Assembly (NCBI RefSeq): GCF_001194135.2
Contig: NC_068991.1
Span: 8,606,450-8,670,449 of the forward strand
Length of the DNA: 64,000 nucleotides
Source: Octopus bimaculoides
Lineage: Eukaryota
Direction: 5' to 3'
The notes beneath the pieces were generated by a model that was not told the DNA's origin, ran no database searches, and saw nothing but the letters and a program-made list of their open reading frames with translations. The position numbers and the translations under genes are program-made. Positions 40,501 through 49,090 of this stretch are shown here, one piece after another; the first letter of the stretch is position 1, and each line of letters begins with the position of its first letter.

Positions 40501-42590
40501 GGCAAAGGGATTAAGTCGATTACATTGACCCCAGTGCGTAACTGGTACTTAATTTATCGACCCCAAAAGGATGAAAGGCAAAGTCGACCTCAGCGGAATT
40601 TGAACTCAGAACATAAAGGCAGACGAAATACCGCTAAGCATTTTGCCTCACGTTCTAATGTTTCTGCCAGCTCACCGCCTTTCTTGTCACTCTTGCCATT
40701 AGAAACGGTCTGAACTAATGATTGCTCTCTCTAAGATCTGGAGTTATTGATGGTATTTGAGAAAGGTTCTTCCTGTCCTTCCATCATACTTTTACCGCCT
40801 TCATGTTAGCACGCACTGGACAGTTTAACTGGAACCAGCAGACTGCACCAAGCCCCGAAGTCTGCTTTGGTTATGGTTTCTATGGCTGGATGTTCCTCCT
40901 AATACAATCACTTTACAAAGTGTATTGAATGCTTTTTATGTGATGCTGGTATTAGTGAGGTCACCGAATAAATAGCTCACAACACAAAGACACCCCCCCC
41001 CCCACAACTGAGGAGTTGTAGTATTGAGGAGGGATGTGGCTTGAAGCCAGGTGATGGGAGATTAAAGTATAATGGAGGGACAGAAACAGGTGTCTTATGT
41101 TTGGAAATTATAAATAGTATGTTTAATAAACATATACTTGGTCTTAGTGTAGCAATGTAACTTGTGGATAAACCATAGGGGCTTCAGTAGTTAAAAGTAA
41201 GGGTCACATGACTAGCCTTAAGAAAGATGGCTCTAGTTGGATGACACTCACTTTTAATTGCCAAAACTCCTGTTCTTTATCCATGGCTTATATATTATCA
41301 CAGTGAGACCAAATATATGTTTATTAACTATTTTTTTTTTTTAGCTTCAGCAGTTGAAAGGTGAGGTTAGCAATCCCTGTGAGCTTTAAGAAAGCCAAGA
41401 CCAAATAAATAATTCTCACTTGTATCTGCTGAAGACCCTGTTGTTTATCTATGGGTTATATAGCCTCACAGCAAGACTGGCACTCCATTGGTTATGACAA
41501 CAGGGGTTCCAGTCAATACGACCAATGAAACAGCCTGTTTGTGAAAATAATGTGTAAGGGGTTGAGCACTTCCTGTTTTGAGATATAATTGTGTGTGTGT
41601 GTCTATATANNNNNNNNNNNNNNNNNNNNNNNNNNNNNNNNNNNNNNNNNNNNNNNNNNNNNNNNNNNNNNNNNNNNNNNNNNNNNNNNNNNNNNNNNNN
41701 NNNNNNNNNNNNNNNNNNNNNNNNNNNNNNNNNNNNNNNNNNNNNNNNNNNNNNNNNNNNNNNNNNNNNNNNNNNNNNNNNNNNNNNNNNNNNNNNNNNN
41801 NNNNNNNNNNNNNNNNNNNNNNNNNNNNNNNNNNNNNNNNNNNNNNNNNNNNNNNNNNNNNNNNNNNNNNNNNNNNNNNNNNNNNNNNNNNNNNNNNNNN
41901 NNNNNNNNNNNNNNNNNNNNNNNNNNNNNNNNNNNNNNNNNNNNNNNNNNNNNNNNNNNNNNNNNNNNNNNNNNNNNNNNNNNNNNNNNNNNNNNNNNNN
42001 NNNNNNNNNNNNNNNNNNNNNNNNNNNNNNNNNNNNNNNNNNNNNNNNNNNNNNNNNNNNNNNNNNNNNNNNNNNNNNNNNNNNNNNNNNNNNNNNNNNN
42101 NNNNNNNNNNNNNNNNNNNNNNNNNNNNNNNNNNNNNNNNNNNNNNNNNNNNNNNNNNNNNNNNNNNNNNNNNNNNNNNNNNNNNNNNNNNNNNNNNNNN
42201 NNNNNNNNNNNNNNNNNNNNNNNNNNNNNNNNNNNNNNNNNNNNNNNNNNNNNNNNNNNNNNNNNNNNNNNNNNNNNNNNNNNNNNNNNNNNNNNNNNNN
42301 NNNNNNNNNNNNNNNNNNNNNNNNNNNNNNNNNNNNNNNNNNNNNNNNNNNNNNNNNNNNNNNNNNNNNNNNNNNNNNNNNNNNNNNNNNNNNNNNNNNN
42401 NNNNNNNNNNNNNNNNNNNNNNNNNNNNNNNNNNNNNNNNNNNNNNNNNNNNNNNNNNNNNNNNNNNNNNNNNNNNNNNNNNNNNNNNNNNNNNNNNNNN
42501 NNNNNNNNNNNNNNNNNNNNNNNNNNNNNNACTCAGAACATAGCGATGGGTGAAATACTGTTAAGCATTTCGTCCAGCATGCTAACGACC

Positions 42591-42622
<32 letters not shown>

Positions 42623-45600
42623 TAATAATAATAATGATAATAATAATAATGAGGCTGTGTGGTAAGTAACTTGCTTACCAACCACATGGTTCCGGGTTCA
42701 TTCCCACTGCGTGGCACCTTGGGCAAGTGTCTTCTACTATAGCCTCGGGCCGACCAAAGCCTTGTGAGTGGATTTGGCAGATGGAAACTCAAAGAAGCCT
42801 GTCGTATATATGTATGTATATATGTATGTGTGTATATATGTCTGTGTTTGTCCCCCCCAACATCGCTTGACAATCGATGCTGGTGTGTTCACGTCCCCAT
42901 AAATTAGCGGTTTATCAAAACAGACTGACAAAATAAGTACTAGGCTTACAAAGAATAAGTCCTGGGGTCGATTTGCTCGACTAAAGGTGGTGCTCCAGTA
43001 TGGCCACAGTAAAATGACTGAAACAAGGATTATTTTAAAACATTGAAAGGCAAGGAGGGTCCACCTGAGTAAAATAGAAATCAAAGGGGTGTACAGGATA
43101 AAAAAAAATGGTTGAGAATCACTGATATAGAGTGACATGTACTCTATTGTCATAGAGTGAAAGAGGGAATGTGAGAGAGAGAGATAGGCTGACACTCTGA
43201 TAGTCAATCAGAAAAGGACACAGACAGGCAGACAGATTGACTCGTTCTATTAGTGTTTTACATGAGGCCTTAGAATTCTAAAGCTCCTCACCTTTGTGTG
43301 TCTGGCATGAGCTGGGATGCTGCTCTGCTGTGTGATGCTGAACCCTTCCCTATCACTTGTAGGTTAATAGAGCTAGAGGAGGCTGTCGAAGAACTTGATG
43401 CTGCCATTGAGTATAAGAACAAGACCATTGAAAGCAGACAGATGGAACTTCGACAATCTTGGTTCTCTGTGCAGGTAAGCTTACATTATGTTTCTTTTTT
43501 TTTTTTTTAATATTGTTTTAATGTTTTGATCAATTGATCTTCAACCCCAAGTTCTAATCAATCAATGTAGCCCTTAATCAAATCCCTTTTGGTACCTGTT
43601 TTAATGCTCCTTTTTTTATATATATTTTTTATCGTTCAACTCTATGTTAACCCTATTCTATCAAGCCCTAATCAAGTCCCTTTTTTGAGTGTATGTTTAG
43701 ATTGATTGTTGAACCTCAGTTGATCAGATTCCTAATTAGATCCCTTTATTTTTTCAATGTTTTGTTTTAGTGTTGTTCAGCCATGTGTTTTCCCTAATCA
43801 GTTAAAGCCTGAATAAAGTCAGTACCAATTGATCAAAGACGTTCTAACTGTGACCATCCTATCTTTTTTTTTTCTTAAATCATACATATCCTTTACTTGT
43901 TTCAGTCATTGGACTGTGACCATGCCAGGACACTGGCATAAAGGGTTTTATGCAGTCAAATAAATCAACCCCAGTATTCATTTTTTAAAGTCTGGTACTT
44001 CTATCAGTCATCTTTGCCAAACCACTAAGTTACAGAGATGTAAACAAACCAACACCAGTTGTCAAGCAGTGGCAAAGAACAAACATAAACATGCATATAT
44101 ACACATGTATCTAAGCCTTGTGAGTGGATTTGATAGACAGGGCAGAGAGTAACTCAAAGAAGCCCATCACACACCTTGATATTGTGTGGACTGAGATCCC
44201 CATTGACAGGTCCCTGATATTTAAAAACCAAAGTGTTAACACATCTGTTTCACATCTGTTTTCCTCATTGGCATGGGTTGGATGGTTTGACAGGAGCTGA
44301 CAAGCTGGAAAGCTAAGCCAGGCTCCATTCTGATTTGACATGGTTTCTATGGCTGGATGCCCTTCCTAATGCCAACCATTTTACAGAGTGTGCTGGGTGC
44401 TTTTACGTGGCACCACATGGGGTATGAATTTTTATGGTCAGCTTGTCTTCTATTTCTCAGTGTAATCTGTTTTTGTTCTTCTTTTTCATTACTTGACCAG
44501 CGTGAGGGTGGGATCTTGAGTTTATTCAACACCCTCAATCCGCAAGAAATGATGTTGCTCCTGATGAAATATTTTGAGAAAGTCATCAACTTCCGTGACA
44601 ACGAGCGCAAGTTGAGTCACAAAATGAATGAGTTTCAGGTAAGCTCGGTTTTATTATGTTATCGTTGTCTGTCTTTTGGTGGTGGTGGTGGTGGTGGTGG
44701 TGGCAGTAGTGAGATGGAGGGAGAGGATTTTTATTGTTTAAACCAATGTTTATCAGCAGACCATTGTTAGACAGTAATCAAGAGAAGCTGTGGTCTTCTT
44801 GTCATTAATGTCTAACATAGGCACTACTCTCAGATTTTGAAGGAAGGGACTGTTTATTTTATCAACACTGGAACAATGACTGTGAAGTGGACCTTAGCAG
44901 GACCTGAACCCAAGACAGAACTTGTTGTAACTAGAAGCTGCAAGGCATTTAATCTGAAACTCTGCATTTTCTGCCATCTGTTTCTCTCGCCATTACTGCT
45001 GCTGTCTTTAGTTATGTTTGTTAATTCAAAAGAATATGACTTTATGCTTTATTAACTATTCTTAACTATTTTTTTTTTTTAATTCCAGAGCAGAATCGAA
45101 GAACAAGACAAGTTACTCCATGAAGCTGAAACCCATCACCAGAGAGCCAGTTTTGACATTGACCGCAGACTCACTCAGCAACAGCAACGGTATGAACAGA
45201 AAATTGGTGTACTAATGCACCAGTTGGCACAGTTTACAGAAAACAATGAAGATGCTAATAAAGAAGAACCACATGTCAAGTAAGAAATACCTGATGGAGA
45301 CAACTGTCTTCTGTCCTTTGTCTGCTGTACACCTTTCTCTGACATCATTCATACTAACCTCCTTTTTCGTCTACATTGGTCATTCTGATCACCATGTTGT
45401 CGCTATAAGTCATGTTAGTCACTTTGTTATCTACTGACTAGGTATACTGACTTATTGGCTGCATCAATCATTGAGGCTTATTTTGTTGTCTTCATCAGTC
45501 ACAGTCACTACCTTATTCTCTACATTAGTCATACAAACTACTCTATTAATTACATCAGTCATACAGACTTCCTTGTCTACGTCACTTACACCTGCCTTCT

Positions 45601-48600
45601 TGTTGTCTACATCAGTCATACAGATTACTTTATCTTCTACATCACTCACGTTAATCTCCTTGTATATCTATATTAGTCATACTGATCACTTTATTATCTG
45701 CATCAGTCATTCAGGTCACCTGATTGCCTATATCAGTTATATCAGCCCCTTTTTTCTTAGTTCAACATTGTCTCACTTTCTTATTTCTTTTCCTTCTCTC
45801 TTTATTCTATTTTTCACATTGATTTTAAATGTCCACTTCATATTATTGTTTGGCTAAGACTTCAGTGACAACCAATATGATTCTGTTATCTTTTTGTCCA
45901 AAGCTGTTTGACTCAAGATAAATGTGAGCTATTTAAAATGTTTTAAACCACTTTAATTTATGTATAAAATTGTTTGACCATAGACTGGTGTCTTTACAGA
46001 AGTGGTACACCACAGTCTAGTACATCTATATAATAAGGAAGCTGCTTATTAATTAATTTGGAATATGTAACTTTACTAAAAGAAAACAGTCTATACTTTC
46101 TAGAAAATTCTTTATAACTCTTATAAATTCCAATTTTAATAAATTTTTATCAAAATGTGATTTTCAGGTTTCTTTTATTATTGAAAATTTAACTTCATGA
46201 TTCAATCTAAAAGCTAGTTTATATTCACTGCAACATAGTCATCTTACACTGCTAGATAGCATTTTTTACATCTCCATTTATACTTTTGGGAATATGAAGG
46301 TTGCCTAAATATTTTTCCAAATTGTAAGTTTAATCCAGCATTAGCTAAATTATGTAGGTTCCAATACCCTTTCATATTTTTGGGGTGTTGTTGACTATAG
46401 TCACTCTATGTAACATAGTAATTATCATCACTAGCCTATACTAGGCATCAAGTTTATACATTACTCTGTGCAACAGATTAGATATGTTCAAATGACACTC
46501 AAAGAATCCATAAAAAGAAAAGTTACATCTTATTTACTGTTGAGGACTTTGTCTCATTGCAGGATACGCAGCTTGGAAAAGGAGTTGTACTACTACAAGA
46601 AAACCAGTAGAGATCTGAAGAAGAAGTTACGTGATAAAGAAAATACATCACTGTGTCAATCAGGTAATCTCTCTCTCTCTCTCTCACACATACACATATA
46701 TATATATATGACAGGCTTCTTTCAGTTTCCCTCCACCAAATCCACTCACAAGGCTTTGGTTGGCCCAAGGCTATAGTAGAATACACTTGCCCAAGATGCC
46801 ATGCAGTGGAACTGAACCTGGAACCATGTGGTTGAGAAGCAAGCCTCTTACCACATAGTTACGCTTAAATTTAATATTTGTTTAATTTAGAGTGTGACCA
46901 TCCCTATTTCAGAAAAATCAGTTATCCAGAATGTCTTTCAAATGGAAGATTCCAGAAAATTGATGTTGTACATGTATTACTATCAGAATAGTTCTCTATC
47001 ATGTTGATCCTCTGTTGTTTATAGGGATGAGCTGTATGTACATCATTGTGGAACCTATTTACAGCTAGGTGGACTGGACTAGGTTATCCACCTGTCATTC
47101 TATGCAGTGTCCATTCATCCAGAAATGAATTGCATCTCCGCATGATCCCTATTGAATTGTTCCTTCGAATAATATCCAAATAAGTAGATTGGACCTGTGA
47201 ATATTCAGTGATGCATGACCTGTATGTCGTTTCATAAAAATGTCTTTCTATCCCATAAATCTGCAATCTCAATTGATCACAGTTACTCAACAGAAATCAA
47301 TGACTTCTATGTAGTGGCTTGACCTGCTAGAAATAGCAACCAAATCTACTTCAGATCACACCCTACCATCTTAATAAAGAACACACTGTTGTCTATGATA
47401 TACAAATGGATGGCTGGTCATGATTATTGTAATCAACATTTGTTGTTGTTTGACTGCAAGAAATAACAACAAATTATCCCTCAATCCACACCCTACCATC
47501 TTCAAGAGACAGCTCATTGGATGATGTAGTCCTTTACACTATATTTGAAGAAGAAAAATGAAGGGATGGTCATGGATAGGATGTCTTTGATTATAGGCCT
47601 GCTCGAACAAGACCACTTCATCATCACGCAATAAAATACGATGTTATACTTAAACATTTAATCTTTGTCTTTTCAGAAGATCTTGGCCCAAAACTTGTTA
47701 AGTCAAAAGAATTTCCTAGGTGCAAGTCTTCCACTACAAACAGGTAAGAGGATAACATTGTTTTTAGTCTGTTGTCATCAGCCTCAGCTCAGGTGTGAGG
47801 CAAGGTATTTCTCCTGTGCTTTAACTGAAACACTTTACTCAACTGGTTGTTCTTGCAACATTGTTAGTAATTACAAGAGTTCCAATACGTTGTAGCTTAT
47901 GAAAAAACAAATTTACATTCATCTGTGTTTCAGCCTCACGGTAAAATTAGGCTAACAAGGAACTAACTCTGATGAACTGTCAAGTAATAATGAGACCAGT
48001 TCTTTCTACCACCATCCAAAGCTGCTGCTAAAGCCCTCATAGGCCCTGATTTCACTGTGAGACTAAATGCATGTGGCTATGAGTTTACATATTTCCTTCT
48101 TCAATTGTTCAGTAGCTCTCGGTTGTGGTTCATTGATTTATTGTTTTGTTTTGTTTCAATTCTAGGAACTCGGTGGTCAGCTTTTCACCAACCAGCCAAC
48201 ATAACCAAGAACTTCCAAGTCAGCAGCCTGAATTATTCTGTGAGAATAACAAAACCGATCAGTCTGGGACTAAACCAGTTGTTGCTACATCGCTCCAGTT
48301 TTTAGGTAAGGTTTCCATGGTTACTCTTTGCTGCAGATTGTTAACAAGCTGTTGACTAATTGGTAAAACAACAATGCTGGACTGTTCTTCTTGCTTCTGC
48401 TTATATTTTAGGAGGACAGACAGTGATTCAACATTACAACATCAAAAGTTAGAAGTGATGAAAATATTAGTAGTATACAGAGAATCTATGTTACATTCAA
48501 AATTGAATGCAGTGTGACATTTGCTCTTAACTTCAGATAGACATGAGCATGGGTTTTAATGTTTGCCAAGTAGCATTTGTGAGTTGCATTCACACATTAT

Positions 48601-49090
48601 ATCCAGATATACAGTTAGGATGAAGTGGTGAAGCATGATCTTCAGATTGAGTCTCATGGAAGCAATGACAAGTGATCAAGACCTTTGGCGATTTGCTGTG
48701 CTGGAGAAGATACTTGCCCAAGGTGCTATGCAGTGGGACGGAACCTGAAACCATACAGTTTGAAAGCTAACTTTTCAACCACACATTCACCTATTTTTTA
48801 TAGATTTCAATATTTAATATAAATTTATACATAACTGCTTGTAAGAAGGGTTTCACAGGAGACCCTTCCTACCAGTAGCTATGCAAATAAGAGTGGAAAC
48901 TATTTGTCAGTCACACAGACTGACAAGTTATACTTCTTCTACAGAGGCACAACATAATGACTGTAGAATTAGCCGATTATTTAAAAAATAAAATTCTTGG
49001 TTATGAATCTATTAAATATAAAGTAATATTGTCAATTTGATTTTCTCTTTTTATCTTCCAGATTCCTTAGAAGTTCACTCCAGTGGTTGA
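4659..49090 (+). CDS. KIF27: Kinesin-like protein KIF27/KIF7 (kinesin-4, Costal2-related); spliced gene, about 1265 codons visible plus 2 exons inferred in gaps
   Basis: 33 GT-AG exons joined with consistent phase. Motor motifs: [25 protein letters not shown] (P-loop), NEHSSRSH (switch I), [11 protein letters not shown] (switch II), [22 protein letters not shown]27/7-specific tail motifs: [51 protein letters not shown]27 versus KIF7 naming is by recalled similarity. Confidence 0.93.
4841..5033 (+). mobile_element. Mariner transposase C-terminal remnant
   Basis: PTDYHFF...[56 protein letters not shown]; Hsmar1-like end. Confidence 0.85.
8794..8931 (+). CDS. KIF27: KIF27 exon 2
   Basis: cag|[46 protein letters not shown]|gtcagt. 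Confidence 0.92.
12447..12530 (+). CDS. KIF27: KIF27 exon 3
   Basis: [28 protein letters not shown], tag/gtaagt. Confidence 0.93.
12650..12850 (-). mobile_element. RTE-clade LINE 3' remnant
   Basis: Decayed GH(I)[24 protein letters not shown] motif on - strand. Confidence 0.6.
13197..13304 (+). CDS. KIF27: KIF27 exon 4 (P-loop)
   Basis: [36 protein letters not shown]. Confidence 0.94.
14706..15125 (-). mobile_element. Tc1/mariner 3' remnant with terminus
   Basis: [14 protein letters not shown] motif on - strand; TA|CAGGGTG terminus at 14704-14712. Confidence 0.8.
15340..15575 (-). mobile_element. RTE-clade LINE 3' end remnant
   Basis: [23 protein letters not shown]...[26 protein letters not shown]. 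Confidence 0.7.
15609..15735 (+). CDS. KIF27: KIF27 exon 5
   Basis: [42 protein letters not shown]. Confidence 0.94.
16145..16291 (+). CDS. KIF27: KIF27 exon 6 (switch I)
   Basis: [49 protein letters not shown]. Confidence 0.94.
16425..16830 (-). mobile_element. tRNA-derived SINE family A (representative copy)
   Basis: Head with A/B-box-like TGGCTGTGTGG...GGTTCAGTCCC and a central microsatellite. Near-identical copies at 17363-17751(-), 5770-6105(-), 9140-9545(+), 13720-14125(-), 31765-32145(+), 42652-43030(+), 46690-46860(-). Confidence 0.88.
17049..17129 (+). CDS. KIF27: KIF27 exon 7 (motor loop)
   Basis: Phase 1 to 1, open: [27 protein letters not shown]; ccag/gtagg. Confidence 0.75.
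18019..18114 (+). CDS. KIF27: KIF27 exon 8 (switch II)
   Basis: [32 protein letters not shown]. Confidence 0.94.
19130..19410 (-). mobile_element. CR1-type LINE 3' remnant
   Basis: SLEFKGPIL...[19 protein letters not shown], ending in a simple-repeat tail. Confidence 0.65.
21487..21608 (+). CDS. KIF27: KIF27 exon 9
   Basis: [41 protein letters not shown]. Confidence 0.95.
22427..22528 (+). CDS. KIF27: KIF27 exon 10
   Basis: [34 protein letters not shown]. Confidence 0.95.
22576..22804. mobile_element. TTAA-flanked (piggyBac-like) MITE family 1
   Basis: TTAA at both ends and short TIRs; other copies at 7237-7454, 62253-62505, about 63795-63998, truncated at about 32330-32460. Confidence 0.7.
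23170..23400. repeat. Compound trinucleotide microsatellite (CCT/CAT/GAT/CTA)
   Basis: Direct inspection. Confidence 0.9.
23565..23645 (+). CDS. KIF27: KIF27 exon 11 (neck)
   Basis: [27 protein letters not shown]. Confidence 0.9.
24008..24150 (+). CDS. KIF27: KIF27 exon 12
   Basis: [48 protein letters not shown]. Confidence 0.88.
24646..24781 (+). CDS. KIF27: KIF27 exon 13
   Basis: [45 protein letters not shown]. Confidence 0.88.
25817..25903 (+). CDS. KIF27: KIF27 exon 14
   Basis: [29 protein letters not shown]. Confidence 0.85.
26880..26966 (+). CDS. KIF27: KIF27 exon 15
   Basis: [29 protein letters not shown]. Confidence 0.87.
27107..27226 (+). CDS. KIF27: KIF27 exon 16
   Basis: [40 protein letters not shown]; AAG acceptor, with an in-frame alternative start at 27071. 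Confidence 0.8.
27650..27930 (-). mobile_element. L2/CR1-clade LINE remnant
   Basis: [25 protein letters not shown]...SLMPPP, a post-RT LINE motif. Confidence 0.6.
28266..28340 (+). CDS. KIF27: KIF27 exon 17
   Basis: [25 protein letters not shown]. Confidence 0.82.
28512..28696. mobile_element. MITE with about 40-bp terminal inverted repeats
   Basis: 28512-28551 is the reverse complement of 28657-28696 (2 mismatches); an internal segment recurs at about 35010-35061. Confidence 0.75.
28808..29022 (+). CDS. KIF27: KIF27 exon 18
   Basis: [53 protein letters not shown]... Confidence 0.92.
29984..30078 (+). CDS. KIF27: KIF27 exon 19
   Basis: [31 protein letters not shown]; the donor at 30079 gives the phase 1 needed by exon 20. 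Confidence 0.82.
30500..30800 (-). mobile_element. SINE family C with (GAT)n tail (representative copy)
   Basis: catcatcgtttaacgtccgctttccatgctagcatgggttggacg...ctggatgcccttcctaacgccaaccactcc recurs at about 13380, 19490, 24215(+), 29060, 34580-34810(+). Confidence 0.8.
30833..31007 (+). CDS. KIF27: KIF27 exon 20
   Basis: [59 protein letters not shown]. Confidence 0.87.
32171..32267 (+). CDS. KIF27: KIF27 exon 21
   Basis: [32 protein letters not shown]. Confidence 0.9.
32466..32798 (-). mobile_element. Further SINE-like dispersed repeat nested in a MITE
   Basis: cctgctcgtgaaattaacgtgcaagtggctgagcactccacagacacg recurs at about 35440-35760 and 41465-41575; ggtttcgatccc B-box-like on - strand. 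Confidence 0.65.
34093..34200 (+). CDS. KIF27: KIF27 exon (visible no. 22)
   Basis: [35 protein letters not shown]; phase 2 at both ends. Confidence 0.87.
35062..35320. mobile_element. TTAA-flanked (piggyBac-like) MITE family 2
   Basis: TTAA at both ends; related copies at about 22060-22210 (inverted) and about 2700-2915. Confidence 0.68.
35879..36021 (+). CDS. KIF27: KIF27 exon (visible no. 23)
   Basis: [47 protein letters not shown]. Confidence 0.9.
36930..37026 (+). CDS. KIF27: KIF27 exon (visible no. 24)
   Basis: [32 protein letters not shown]. Confidence 0.9.
38037..38141 (+). CDS. KIF27: KIF27 exon (visible no. 25)
   Basis: [35 protein letters not shown]. Confidence 0.92.
38445..38870 (-). 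mobile_element. RTE LINE ORF2 internal fragment
   Basis: [25 protein letters not shown]...[29 protein letters not shown]. Confidence 0.88.
39908..40122 (+). CDS. KIF27: KIF27 exon (visible no. 26)
   Basis: [71 protein letters not shown]. Confidence 0.92.
40450..40685 (-). mobile_element. tRNA-derived SINE family B (representative copy)
   Basis: gagttcaaattcc B-box on - strand and a core catcgaccccagtgc..ctggtac; copies at 1797-2011, about 10970-11110, 52700-52860, 56740-56945, 62900-63310. Confidence 0.82.
43363..43474 (+). CDS. KIF27: KIF27 exon (visible no. 27)
   Basis: [37 protein letters not shown]. Confidence 0.93.
44501..44638 (+). CDS. KIF27: KIF27 exon (visible no. 28)
   Basis: [46 protein letters not shown]. 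Confidence 0.92.
45089..45279 (+). CDS. KIF27: KIF27 exon (visible no. 29)
   Basis: [49 protein letters not shown]... Confidence 0.92.
45365..45745. repeat. Degenerate minisatellite, period about 33 bp
   Basis: Recurrent tctacatcagtcatac core at about 30-33 bp spacing; the minus-strand translation shows roughly 11-aa periodicity (MTDV.NK). Confidence 0.7.
46563..46663 (+). CDS. KIF27: KIF27 exon (visible no. 30)
   Basis: [33 protein letters not shown]. Confidence 0.93.
47677..47743 (+). CDS. KIF27: KIF27 exon (visible no. 31, 67 nt)
   Basis: ttttcag|[22 protein letters not shown]|gtaaga; phase 1 to 2. Confidence 0.72.
48166..48305 (+). CDS. KIF27: KIF27 exon (visible no. 32)
   Basis: [46 protein letters not shown]; phase 2 to 1; tctag/gtaagg. 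Confidence 0.7.
49062..49090 (+). CDS. KIF27: KIF27 terminal coding exon
   Basis: Long pyrimidine tract then ccag|DSLEVHSSG*; resembles the recalled KIF27 C-terminal DSIEV. Confidence 0.62.

Noticed and set aside
42652-42730. tRNA-like A/B boxes
   Set aside because: These are SINE heads followed by SINE body; no full cloverleaf, so no tRNA gene is called.
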